Part shown: positions 1 through 7,938 of the stretch, in pieces
Layout: every line of letters begins with the position of its first letter
Position numbering within the stretch: position 1 is the stretch's first letter
From: Candidatus Saccharimonadota bacterium
Lineage (GTDB): Bacteria > Patescibacteriota > Saccharimonadia > Saccharimonadales > Saccharimonadaceae
Direction: 5' to 3'
Assembly: GCA_023898645.1 (NCBI GenBank)
Contig: CP060232.1
Coordinates: forward strand, 870,001 to 902,000
DNA length: 32,000 bases
Notes under the pieces: model-generated
Seen by the model: only the letters and a program-made list of their open reading frames with translations
Database searches by the model: none
Told to the model about the DNA's origin: nothing
Position numbers and translations under genes: made by a program

Positions 1-1303
1 CCATCTGAATCATCGTTATGTCCATCCCCTGCCCAAATACCATGTTTGAATAGCGCACTGCATTTCCTTGTACGCTGTCTGGGGAAATAATAATCCCCGG
101 CGATTCGCCAGTAAGTTCAATACCAGTCAATCGTCCAAATCCAAATCGATTATGAAAATAATCATAAATCGTATCGCGTGCTTTCTTAGTGATATGAGAA
201 CCATCACCAAGACGTTCCGCAATAGTCACCATGCCAGTGTTTAACGAATCTGTCAGTGCTGTTTGCATGGTCTGAGTACCAAGGGCTTCCGTAGTGGAGG
301 CGTTCTGAATAGTTGTCCCGTCCACCTGAATAGTGCCTCTGTTATAAAAGGTGGATGACGGAGTAATGATATTTTTATCGAGACCAGCTGAAATTGTCAA
401 TGACTTCACTACGGAACCAGCCTCATATGGTGCCGATATGATAGCATTTTGATACACGCTTTCGCTTTTCACCCTACCATAATCAGTGGGGTTATACGTA
501 GGCAAATTCGCCATTGCCATAACCCTGCCAGTCTGCGGATCCATAACGACAGCACTGCCGTTTGTCGCACCCGTGCGCTTCAAGCCAGCAGCCAATGCTT
601 TTTCGGTATACGACTGGATGTTACGATCAAGTGTCAGAGCAATATTTTGACCGTTTTTTGCAGGTATATCGACGTTCTGATTGCCAATCGTAAGCGGTAC
701 GCCACTAACGTCAGTAACAGATTTTAATAATCCGTCCTTTCCTGTTAACTGATCATTCAACGCTCCTTCAATACCATACTGTCCATCTCCATTGGCATTC
801 ACAAACCCCAATGTTTGTGCCGCTAGACTTCCCTCTGGGTAGACTCTTTGTGACTGCTCCTGAAACCCAATTCCGGTAAAATTCTCTTTTTTTATTGACT
901 CCGCCTGTCGACGTGTCAAAGCAGTTCCAAGTATCTGATACCTAGTGTCTTTCCGACCGAGAAGCGAATCAAGATTTGGCCTAAGGTTGCTTCCCGCCAA
1001 ACGTCGAATCGTACTAACAACCTTGCCGGGATCCGAAACTTCAGTCGGATCGGCAAACATCGTATATACCGTCTGATTAATGACCAGAGGCACAGGCGAA
1101 GATCCATCAAGCCCATAAATAAGTCCACGTTTCGCAGGAATAATTAATGGCTTTATCTGTTCAGCGTCAGATTGCTTGACATAATAATCGTGTTTCATGA
1201 TTTGCAAATAAAACAAACGACTGACAAATATAAACATTATGCCAAGTAAAAGTACGGCAAGAACTTTTGAACGACTACCTTTATGAAACGCCAACGGCTG
1301 CAT
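1..1303 (-). CDS. ftsI: Penicillin-binding protein, FtsI/PBP2-type transpeptidase (N-terminal ~434 codons; ORF continues past the left window edge)
   Basis: Absent from the supplied ORF track because it has no in-window stop. My own translation from the ATG (complement of 1301-1303) reads MQPLAFHKGSRSKVLAVLLLGIMFIFVSRLFYLQIMKHDYY... (N-terminal TM anchor), then ...PYEAGSVVKSLTISAGLD (SxxK motif), then ...YSNMVFGQGMDITMIQM. No stop occurs down to position 2. It lies 13 nt after the ftsL stop in mraZ-rsmH-ftsL-ftsI order. Confidence 0.85.
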   Translation of the reverse strand, partial: MQPLAFHKGSRSKVLAVLLLGIMFIFVSRLFYLQIMKHDYYVKQSDAEQIKPLIIPAKRGLIYGLDGSSPVPLVINQTVYTMFADPTEVSDPGKVVSTIRRLAGSNLRPNLDSLLGRKDTRYQILGTALTRRQAESIKKENFTGIGFQEQSQRVYPEGSLAAQTLGFVNANGDGQYGIEGALNDQLTGKDGLLKSVTDVSGVPLTIGNQNVDIPAKNGQNIALTLDRNIQSYTEKALAAGLKRTGATNGSAVVMDPQTGRVMAMANLPTYNPTDYGRVKSESVYQNAIISAPYEAGSVVKSLTISAGLDKNIITPSSTFYNRGTIQVDGTTIQNASTTEALGTQTMQTALTDSLNTGMVTIAERLGDGSHITKKARDTIYDYFHNRFGFGRLTGIELTGESPGIIISPDSVQGNAVRYSNMVFGQGMDITMIQM

Positions 1304-1316
1304 AAATCAATTATAC

Positions 1317-1691
1317 CTAGCGAGCATAATCCGTAGCCGCTGGAGCAACCATGGCTTTCGCCACTTTAGATTTCTGCACCGACTCCAAAGCTGTCAACCG
1401 TGCATTTTCTACCTCTAAATCACTTTTCTTCGTAGAAAGACTTGCAATCTGGTTGTCTATTTTTTGCGCTTCGTAATCATAGCTTGTTGCGCGTGTTGCT
1501 TGCGTTAAATATACCAAGCCCAACACGGTAACCATCATAGCGACTAGTATAGTGTGCATCACCGGTCCTAATTTAATGCTTGAGACAAAAGCTACCGTAT
1601 TTTGATTGCGGTTCCATCCGCCTCCACCGGCGGTCGAAAGTGATGCTCGTCTGCGGCTAGAGTAGAATTGTTGAGTTGTTTGGTATGACAT
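1317..1691 (-). CDS. ftsL: FtsL-like cell-division protein (single TM helix plus short coiled coil)
   Basis: 124 aa with a TM segment (HTILVAMMVTVLGLVYL) followed by a heptad-like region (IASLSTKKSDLEVENARLTALES). Its position between rsmH and ftsI is the canonical ftsL slot. Confidence 0.7.
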   Translation of the reverse strand: MSYQTTQQFYSSRRRASLSTAGGGGWNRNQNTVAFVSSIKLGPVMHTILVAMMVTVLGLVYLTQATRATSYDYEAQKIDNQIASLSTKKSDLEVENARLTALESVQKSKVAKAMVAPAATDYAR

Positions 1692-1731
1692 GTGGTGGAT
1701 TCTCGTATTCTATTTATTTTTGTTTTCGATA

Positions 1732-1795
1732 GGCTTGCGCTGCAGATTCTCATTAGGATCGGCTGCGCAAGCCGGCGATATGTTTCCATATCGCC
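1732..1795 (-). other. Two abutting perfect 9-bp-stem hairpins in the rsmH-ftsL spacer
   Basis: GGCTTGCGC (1732-1740) pairs with GCGCAAGCC (1765-1773) across a 24-nt loop. GGCGATATG (1774-1782) pairs with CATATCGCC (1787-1795) across a 4-nt loop. Neither orientation has a following U-run, so these are not classical terminators. Confidence 0.5.
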
Positions 1796-1905
1796 TACTT
1801 GCTTTCAGGCTATTTGAATCGAACGGCGACTTTTGTGTCGACCGATTCGTTTCTCACCGGTATATGGATTGGCATGTGGTGATGCCTCCTCTTTGTTTTT
1901 TTGTT

Positions 1906-2802
1906 TTATATTTTCACTGCTGCGCGTAGCTTTGCACTACGTGCACGCGGATTGGAAACGTCATACGTTGCTCCGTCGATCGGTTTTTTGGTCAGAATCT
2001 TTAATTCTGCCTCAAACCCGCTAGCTACTTGATCGGCAAAGTATCGTTTGACTAGACGATCCTCCAGGCTATGGAAACTGATTACACCTACCCTGCCGTT
2101 TTGCGTTAACAGCTTTGGGAGGAGTGGCAATACAGTTTCGACTTGCGTCAATTCCTGGTTGACCGCTATCCGGAGCGCTTGAAAGGTGCGCGTGGCCGGG
2201 TGGATTTTACTCCAGCGACCACGATGTTGTCGCTTAATCAGTTCCGCGAGATCTTCTGTCGTGTCCAGCGGTCTGCCCGCAACAATCGCGTTGGCTATTC
2301 GCCTAGCGACACCCGGCGATTCCTCGCCGTAGTTGCGGATTATACGCGCCAGTTCATCTGCAGATGCAGTATTTACCAGCTGTTTCGCCGTCATTTCCTG
2401 TCGACGATCCATGCGCATGTCCAACGGACCACTGTGTGTAAAAGAAAACCCTCGTTCGCTCTGATCGAGCTGTGGTGACGACACCCCCAAATCGATCAAT
2501 ACTATATCGAACTGCTTTCCCTCTTCAATCAACTGCCTTGTAGCGCTGACAAAATCGGTATGCAGTAGTCGAGCGCCTTTTTTACTGAACCCAGCAAGCT
2601 GAGATATTGCAAAATCGTCACGATCGACTAATGTAGCACGTGATTCACAACCGGTAGCCCCTAAAATAGCTTGTGCGTGGCCGCCATACCCGGCCGTCAG
2701 GTCGAGATAACTCTCGCCCGGCTTAGGGTCTAGCAGCTCCAGCGTGCTATCCAGAAGTACTGGTATATGCAAATCATAATGTGGTGGATGTGCTTTACTC
2801 AT
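1906..2802 (-). CDS. rsmH: 16S rRNA (cytosine1402-N4)-methyltransferase RsmH/MraW
   Basis: 298 aa. Family-typical N-terminus HIPVLLDSTLELL...YLDLTAGYGGHAQAIL and later GVISFHSLEDRLVK. Located downstream of mraZ. Confidence 0.93.
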   Translation of the reverse strand: MSKAHPPHYDLHIPVLLDSTLELLDPKPGESYLDLTAGYGGHAQAILGATGCESRATLVDRDDFAISQLAGFSKKGARLLHTDFVSATRQLIEEGKQFDIVLIDLGVSSPQLDQSERGFSFTHSGPLDMRMDRRQEMTAKQLVNTASADELARIIRNYGEESPGVARRIANAIVAGRPLDTTEDLAELIKRQHRGRWSKIHPATRTFQALRIAVNQELTQVETVLPLLPKLLTQNGRVGVISFHSLEDRLVKRYFADQVASGFEAELKILTKKPIDGATYDVSNPRARSAKLRAAVKI

Positions 2803-2809
2803 TCCCTAT

Positions 2810-2818
2810 ACTATACCA
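2810..2818 (-). promoter_or_regulatory. Extended -10 element TGgTATAGT, 7 nt upstream of the rsmH ATG (leaderless-type spacing)
   Basis: The reverse complement of 2810-2818 is TGGTATAGT. It is followed by ATAGGGA and then the ATG at 2802. Confidence 0.55.
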
Positions 2819-3112
2819 TTTGATACAATATAGAGTTTCGAGATCACCTAACTGATAACAGCGCTTTTTGTTTTTTGGTGTGTTTGTTTTAGTTATAAGT
2901 GTCGATGGCGATGAGGTACAAAGTAGCTCATGTGTGCCATCAGTTGAGAGACTTATGTGTTGTGAGGTGGAGTTTTTTTGGGAGGTGTGTTTTGAGGAAT
3001 GTGCGTCCGGTCTTTTTTCACTAAATGTGGTTCCGGTAGGTTTCCACGCACTGTTACCAGATAGTTGATCTCGAGAGTTTTAAATTGTCAAAGAACAGGC
3101 AAAACCAAACGG

Positions 3113-3484
3113 CTAGTCTGACGCATCCGGTCGCATCACTCGCCAGTAACTACCAGCACGTACGGCGACCAAGCCCCTATTTATTCCGGCAAAGTCCAGC
3201 AAGTGTTGCTCGATGGTGACCCTGCCCTGCTTGAGATCAAGCGAGGCGTTAGTCTTTCCTCGGCGGAACCTGACATTAATGTCAGCTACCCGCTCGTCGA
3301 GAATACTGCCGTTCAGCTCCGGCTCTACTTCTTTGTCCCACGTTACTTGTGGATACATATGAAGGTAGTCGCCAAAACCTCTGGTAATCACGACACCCGA
3401 TGCAAACTCTGCACGCAACTCAACAGGTATCGTCAAACGATGCTTGTCATCGAGCTTCCGTTCAAAATAGTCTACACTTGGCAC
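3113..3484 (-). CDS. mraZ: Transcriptional regulator MraZ (short, 123 aa)
   Basis: Two AbrB/SpoVT-like half motifs (LDDKHRLTIPVELR and LDLKQGRVTIEQHLLDFAGI). First gene of the mraZ-rsmH-ftsL-ftsI order. GTG start preceded by GAAGGGA. Confidence 0.85.
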   Translation of the reverse strand: MPSVDYFERKLDDKHRLTIPVELRAEFASGVVITRGFGDYLHMYPQVTWDKEVEPELNGSILDERVADINVRFRRGKTNASLDLKQGRVTIEQHLLDFAGINRGLVAVRAGSYWRVMRPDASD

Positions 3485-3557
3485 CTTGGTTCCCTTCGGT
3501 GGCGATGATGGGCTTTAATTTTTAATTGTGGTTTTTGTTTTGATTGCCACTGAATTT

Positions 3558-3590
3558 ATCATACTACCCACATTTACCCACTACAACCCC
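3558..3590 (-). promoter_or_regulatory. Candidate mraZ promoter (-35 TTGTAG, 17 nt, -10 TATGAT) overlapped by three direct [T/G]GGGT repeats with 10-bp phasing (MraZ-operator-like)
   Basis: The minus strand reads GGGGTtgtagTGGGTaaatgTGGGTagTATGAT. Repeat complements lie at 3586-3590, 3576-3580 and 3566-3570. The -35 complement is at 3581-3586 and the -10 complement at 3558-3563. Confidence 0.55.
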
Positions 3591-3623
3591 CAATTTTGAT
3601 TTTTTTGTAAGAATATATCCTTT

Positions 3624-3645
3624 TATCCACAAAACTGTGGATAAC
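3624..3645. promoter_or_regulatory. Perfect inverted pair of consensus DnaA boxes: TTATCCACA-aaac-TGTGGATAA
   Basis: 3624-3632 is TTATCCACA and 3637-3645 is its exact reverse complement. The pair lies about 40-60 nt upstream of the candidate mraZ -35. Confidence 0.5.
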
Positions 3646-3712
3646 TTGCAAAAACCCGGCATATGTGGGGTACGGCTACTCTGCTAAGCACAATCCCAAT
3701 TAAGCAAGAAAT

Positions 3713-3738
3713 AAAAAAGGCCTCGAAATAAAGAGGCC
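3713..3738 (-). terminator. Rho-independent terminator after the HAD hydrolase gene
   Basis: The minus strand reads GGCCTC-tttatttc-GAGGCC followed by TTTTTT, starting 20 nt past the stop at 3758. Confidence 0.75.
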
Positions 3739-3757
3739 GCTATGGCAAAGTTACAAA

Positions 3758-4447
3758 TTACGTAAGCGTATCAATTGCGGCGTACAGGTCCTTACAACGA
3801 GTTACGTTATCTGGCACGCTACCTTGTTGAGACGGTAATTCATTTGCCGGATCAAGCACCCAGTAACCGTGCGAAGGCTCGCCTGGAAACTCGCTAAAAC
3901 TAACAGCCTTGTCGTCAATCATAATGATTCGATCGACAACGCCGCTGCCAAAAGCCTCTGGTAGGTTGAATATGCCGCTTTCATCTTGCCAACTACTGAT
4001 TAGCCTGCCCTTTTCCTTGTGCACCATAACAATGTGATTCGTCTGTTCAAACCCAGCTGCGGTAATCTTCAAGCCTTGCCACATTGGGTTACCGTACGTC
4101 AATATGCCGTACTGCTTGTCATTTGACTCTAGCCACTCGATTAATTCTGCAGCTCCTGGAAGCAGCATATTGAGCGCCTGGCACTCTTGGACAAAAGCCT
4201 TTTTAAGACTATTCCATTCGTCGCCCCTATCTAGCTCATACAGATGTTCGCGTACATAACCTGCGGTATCAAAAGAGTCGCCACGTGCCTTCATGTCTTC
4301 GTTCGCCTTTTCAATCTGTTCGCGAGGAATATCAAAATAATTATGCGCAATTCCAATAAAGACTTCGAACAACTTATCCGAGTCGACAAGCGTCCGATCG
4401 AAATCAACGATGTAAAAGTCGATGCTATTTGTTGCTGACATTGTCAT
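3758..4447 (-). CDS. HAD-superfamily hydrolase
   Basis: DxDxT motif I near the N-terminus (FYIVDFDRTLVD) and a C-terminal acidic motif (IMIDDK). The track start at 4456 is TTG; the first ATGs are at 4447 and 4441. Its 5' end overlaps the 3' end of the yvcK-like gene. Confidence 0.7.
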   Translation of the reverse strand: MTMSATNSIDFYIVDFDRTLVDSDKLFEVFIGIAHNYFDIPREQIEKANEDMKARGDSFDTAGYVREHLYELDRGDEWNSLKKAFVQECQALNMLLPGAAELIEWLESNDKQYGILTYGNPMWQGLKITAAGFEQTNHIVMVHKEKGRLISSWQDESGIFNLPEAFGSGVVDRIIMIDDKAVSFSEFPGEPSHGYWVLDPANELPSQQGSVPDNVTRCKDLYAAIDTLT

Positions 4448-5447
4448 ATAGCTCAATTATAGCATTCGCCACAGAGCCAGTATCGTGACGAATGAGCGAA
4501 CGCGTCACCGGCAAAGAGTCACCTGTTTCACGCTCTGCAATTAGTCCCAAGAATGAACCGCCCACTGCTAAATAATGCTTGCTTGACAGCCTTTCGTGAT
4601 CTACGTCAACAAGATACGCACCTTCGTCTTTGTAGCGTCGTGCCAGCCGTGCGTCTGGTTGCTGCTGGTTGTACAATACAAAATCAAGAAAATGCCCGCC
4701 TGCAAACCGTTCAATTTCATCTGCATGGTCAGCGACTGTAAAGCCTTCTGTCTGACCAGTCTTCGTTACAAGATTTGACACATATATCTTCTTGGCTCGT
4801 GATTCACGCAGCGCCTCCCCTATACCGTCGATGACGAGCAGCGGGCCCAGCGAAGTGTACAAATCACCAGGCGCGATGACAATCATATCAGCGTCTTTAA
4901 TGGCTTTAAGCGCTATAGGATTCGCAGATGCAGACGGAGTGAGTGATAACTTGGCCTTGCGAGGGTCGTGTTTGAAATATTCCGCATCGATAATACGCTC
5001 TCCGTGAAGTTCAAAACTCACCTCGGGCCACTCAAGTTTTAGCCGCACATTGTCCAATGTCGCAGGTATTACCATGCCGTTTACTCGCAGAATTTCGGAA
5101 GCAGTCTCTACTGCCTCACTGAAATTGCCCGTTACCTTTTCAAGCGCACTTAAAAGAATATTGCCAAATGAATGCCCCTGAAATGTACCTTCTTCAAACC
5201 GATAATTAAATAAATCTCGAACTTTTGGTGAATTACTCAGCGCCACAAGACACTGACGAATATCTCCCGGAGGCAATGCGCCTAACTCATCGCGCAATAC
5301 TCCGGTGCTACCGCCGTCATCGGCCATGTTCACCAGTGCGGCAATCTGATGGGTGTGATTCTTTAAGGCGCTTAGTAATGTAAAACTGCCCGTTCCCCCG
5401 CCTATAACGGTAATTTTGCGTTCAGTTGGTGCAAATGGTTCTTTCAT
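4425..5447 (-). CDS. yvcK: YvcK/CofD-family (UPF0052) protein, gluconeogenesis-factor-like
   Basis: 340 aa. KITVIGGGTGSFTLLSALK...NMADDGGSTGVLRDELGALPPGDIRQCLVAL is the family signature. Confidence 0.88.
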   Translation of the reverse strand: MKEPFAPTERKITVIGGGTGSFTLLSALKNHTHQIAALVNMADDGGSTGVLRDELGALPPGDIRQCLVALSNSPKVRDLFNYRFEEGTFQGHSFGNILLSALEKVTGNFSEAVETASEILRVNGMVIPATLDNVRLKLEWPEVSFELHGERIIDAEYFKHDPRKAKLSLTPSASANPIALKAIKDADMIVIAPGDLYTSLGPLLVIDGIGEALRESRAKKIYVSNLVTKTGQTEGFTVADHADEIERFAGGHFLDFVLYNQQQPDARLARRYKDEGAYLVDVDHERLSSKHYLAVGGSFLGLIAERETGDSLPVTRSLIRHDTGSVANAIIELYDNVSNK

Positions 5448-5458
5448 GTCGTTAATCT

Positions 5459-5467
5459 AGTATAACA
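5459..5467 (-). promoter_or_regulatory. Extended -10 TGtTATACT, 11 nt upstream of the yvcK-like ATG
   Basis: The reverse complement of 5459-5467 is TGTTATACT. Confidence 0.45.
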
Positions 5468-5504
5468 ATGGTCGCACGTAAAAAGCATCTTTTCGCTTTT
5501 AGAT

Positions 5505-5513
5505 TGCTATAAT
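5505..5513 (+). promoter_or_regulatory. Extended -10 TGcTATAAT, 10 nt upstream of the ATG at 5524
   Basis: 5505-5513 reads TGCTATAAT. Confidence 0.5.
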
Positions 5514-5523
5514 AAGCCAGGTT

Positions 5524-6372
5524 ATGATTCCATTTATTCTAAGGCAGGTCTGGCGTTTATTAATTTTCATATTAGGCGCCTGTGTACTATATGAGTTGAT
5601 CTTGATGTTTTGGCCCGGCACCGGTAGCCGCCTAGCGATATTCGCTGCAATGTTTTTTATATACTGCGTAATGGCCTACGGGGTTATACCTTCACTATTC
5701 CGGCTATACCATTTTCTCATTGAGCACGACCACATTCCCCTCTATGCCACGTACGGCGACGGCTGGGCATCAGACCCAGTCAACATCGCCATTGTCACAC
5801 GCGATCGACGTCACCTGCGACGCGCCATGCAGCAAGCTGGTTGGTACGAAGCCGACCCGCATACACTATGGAACAGCTTACGCGAAGCCTGGTCTATCAT
5901 TTTTAACCGCCCCTACCCTAATGCACCTGTCAGCACGTTGTACCTTTTCAATCGTCGTCACGATATCGCCTTCGAAATTCCCACGAACGATAAAATGAGC
6001 GCCCGTACGCGTCACCACGTCCGTTTTTGGCGACTTGAACCTCCCAGGAAGAATCGTCATGATCGCGGACATTTTGATTACTGGAGTAGCAAGCTACTCC
6101 AGTGGCTACATCGTGAACGCGACATCTGGATTGGCGCTTCAACGGAAGATTTCAAGCCACTCGACATCCGCTGGCGCACAGGGAGTCTGACACATGGCGT
6201 CCGTCACGAAACGGACAAAGAGCGTGACTTCATCATTCAAACGCTCCGTGATCAAAAATTAGTAAAATCCGTCAGCAAAACGGAGCCTGGTGAACATTTC
6301 AAATTTCGTGGCCAATCATTTCGTACGGTATACATGACCGATGGCAGCATCAAAGTCGTCCAGCTTAACTAA
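5524..6372 (+). CDS. Membrane protein with LssY-like C-terminal domain (function unknown)
   Basis: Two N-terminal TM helices followed by ...SDPVNIAIV...LRRAMQQAGWYEADP..., which resembles the LssY C-terminal domain family from memory. This was not verified by search. Confidence 0.5.
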   Translation: MIPFILRQVWRLLIFILGACVLYELILMFWPGTGSRLAIFAAMFFIYCVMAYGVIPSLFRLYHFLIEHDHIPLYATYGDGWASDPVNIAIVTRDRRHLRRAMQQAGWYEADPHTLWNSLREAWSIIFNRPYPNAPVSTLYLFNRRHDIAFEIPTNDKMSARTRHHVRFWRLEPPRKNRHDRGHFDYWSSKLLQWLHRERDIWIGASTEDFKPLDIRWRTGSLTHGVRHETDKERDFIIQTLRDQKLVKSVSKTEPGEHFKFRGQSFRTVYMTDGSIKVVQLN

Positions 6373-6373
6373 A

Positions 6374-7897
6374 CTAAATAGTCACGTCTTCGCCAAAGTG
6401 CTTTTGCAGTCGCATCAGTATGCTGTTTTCATGTCGGCCTAGCTTTTTACTCATTTCTTTCAAGGAAACGCCATTCTGAAAATCAAGCTTTAACGTATCA
6501 TCGTCAGTCTTTTTCCAGGACATATAAGCGTTCGGATGCGTCTCACGCATCTTTGCAATCTTTTCCGCCCAATTACTACTCCCCTTTTTCTTTCTGACTG
6601 GTTCTGGCGCTTTTTTTCGTTTTTCTGCTTTTTCAGTAAGATGCGCAAATTTTTTAATATCTGAAACAGCACGTGACACAAGAGTCTCGTTAATATGCTG
6701 AGCATCATCGCTGACACGAAGCGCCATACGATTGAGTCCTGCCAAGTACAAATTATCCAAATTCTTAACTCGGCTCAACGCTACGTAACCCATACCTTCA
6801 ACAAATGCCTTGCTCAAATCAATCCGAGCCGAATCGAGTGTCATGCCCTGTGATTTATGTACCGTAATTGCCCACGCTAATCGCAGCGGAATCTGTGTGA
6901 TGCCCGCCCGCTTCTTGTCACCATCTCGTTGCTCCCATGTCTCAGGCATCATCGTTATTGTCTTACCGTTCCGAAATTCCACGATCGGATAGTTTGTCAG
7001 CGCATCAAAAGCCACAACAACACCCAGGCTGCCGTTTGCATATTTTCGATCAGGCGAGTTTTTTACCGCCATGACCAGCGCACCTTCTTTTAGCTTCAGG
7101 TCAATCGGCGCCAGCACGGACCTTTGCAAACTTTCTACGTAATTAGCAGCTCCGGTCGTCGACTGCGTATAGGTATATTCATCGCCCGGTAATGCATCTA
7201 GCTTCGCCTGATTGATACGATCTACGTCGACATTAGTCGTGTGCAATTCAGTCAAGTCGCCATCGGGTAATTCTATGTCCGCCCTAGCCAGCAATCGTTC
7301 TGCATGATGACGACGCACATCGCCGTCACGCATCGCATCCAAAATCTCAAGTAACTGAGCGTCGTCTTGACGATGCTGCTCCTGCAAATAGCAGATTGTC
7401 GGATCCAACTCTCTCCATACGTTACTGTTCACTACAAAACCGCCAGCCCGAGTATCGCCACGATTGATTGGCGGTAGCTGAAAGAAGTCACCCGACATAA
7501 CGACCTGAATACCACCGAAAGGCTCGTCAGGCCTTTCGCGCACCAATCGGCATGCCATGTCGACCATATCCAAACGGAAATCGTGTAACATACTGATTTC
7601 GTCAATTATCAGCACGTCTGTCTTTTCGATGATGTCATGTCGCCCCTTGCTGACATGATCGGCAAAGCCGTGCGGCAGTTCATCTTGCACGCCAATACCC
7701 GCCCATGAATGAATAGTTGTTCCGCCTAGATGTGTTGCGGCCAGACCTGTCGTCGCAGTGACTGACACGTGTTTACCATTGGCCTTTGCCAGTCTAATAA
7801 ACTGATTCAACACATACGTCTTACCCGAACCTGCAGGTCCGGTAAGAAGCACGCTCTCACCTGCTAATAATATCTCCAATGCCAACGCTTGATCCAT
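6374..7897 (-). CDS. Pif1/RecD-like SF1 DNA helicase with basic linker and C-terminal HTH-like tail
   Basis: Walker A LTGPAGSGKTY, Walker B/motif II LIIDEISM, SGDFFQLPPI, and C-terminal TVHKSQGMTLD. The tail has a KRKKAPEPVRKKKG linker followed by LKEMSKKLGRHENSILMRLQK. Confidence 0.85.
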   Translation of the reverse strand: MDQALALEILLAGESVLLTGPAGSGKTYVLNQFIRLAKANGKHVSVTATTGLAATHLGGTTIHSWAGIGVQDELPHGFADHVSKGRHDIIEKTDVLIIDEISMLHDFRLDMVDMACRLVRERPDEPFGGIQVVMSGDFFQLPPINRGDTRAGGFVVNSNVWRELDPTICYLQEQHRQDDAQLLEILDAMRDGDVRRHHAERLLARADIELPDGDLTELHTTNVDVDRINQAKLDALPGDEYTYTQSTTGAANYVESLQRSVLAPIDLKLKEGALVMAVKNSPDRKYANGSLGVVVAFDALTNYPIVEFRNGKTITMMPETWEQRDGDKKRAGITQIPLRLAWAITVHKSQGMTLDSARIDLSKAFVEGMGYVALSRVKNLDNLYLAGLNRMALRVSDDAQHINETLVSRAVSDIKKFAHLTEKAEKRKKAPEPVRKKKGSSNWAEKIAKMRETHPNAYMSWKKTDDDTLKLDFQNGVSLKEMSKKLGRHENSILMRLQKHFGEDVTI

Positions 7898-7903
7898 CAG
7901 TCT

Positions 7904-7912
7904 AGTATACCA
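7904..7912 (-). promoter_or_regulatory. Extended -10 TGgTATACT, 6 nt upstream of the helicase ATG (leaderless-type spacing)
   Basis: The reverse complement of 7904-7912 is TGGTATACT, followed by AGACTG and then the ATG at 7897. Confidence 0.55.
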
Positions 7913-7938
7913 ATACTAAGCAACTTGCCTAAACACTA

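Noticed and set aside
2868-3068. 66-aa plus-strand ORF in the mraZ-rsmH gap
   Set aside because: It starts at a non-ATG codon without an SD. It has a G/T-biased, Phe/Val/Cys-rich composition and lies antisense to the operon. It is treated as non-coding, and the gap itself is listed as a finding.
3485-3757. Possible chromosomal replication origin (AT-rich intergenic region with two perfect and two 7/9 DnaA boxes)
   Set aside because: There are only two strong boxes. No dnaA, dnaN or other origin-linked gene is nearby. Genes on both sides lie on the minus strand, so there is no switch in coding-strand bias at this point. Regulation of the mraZ promoter is the simpler reading. A whole-genome GC-skew plot would settle it.
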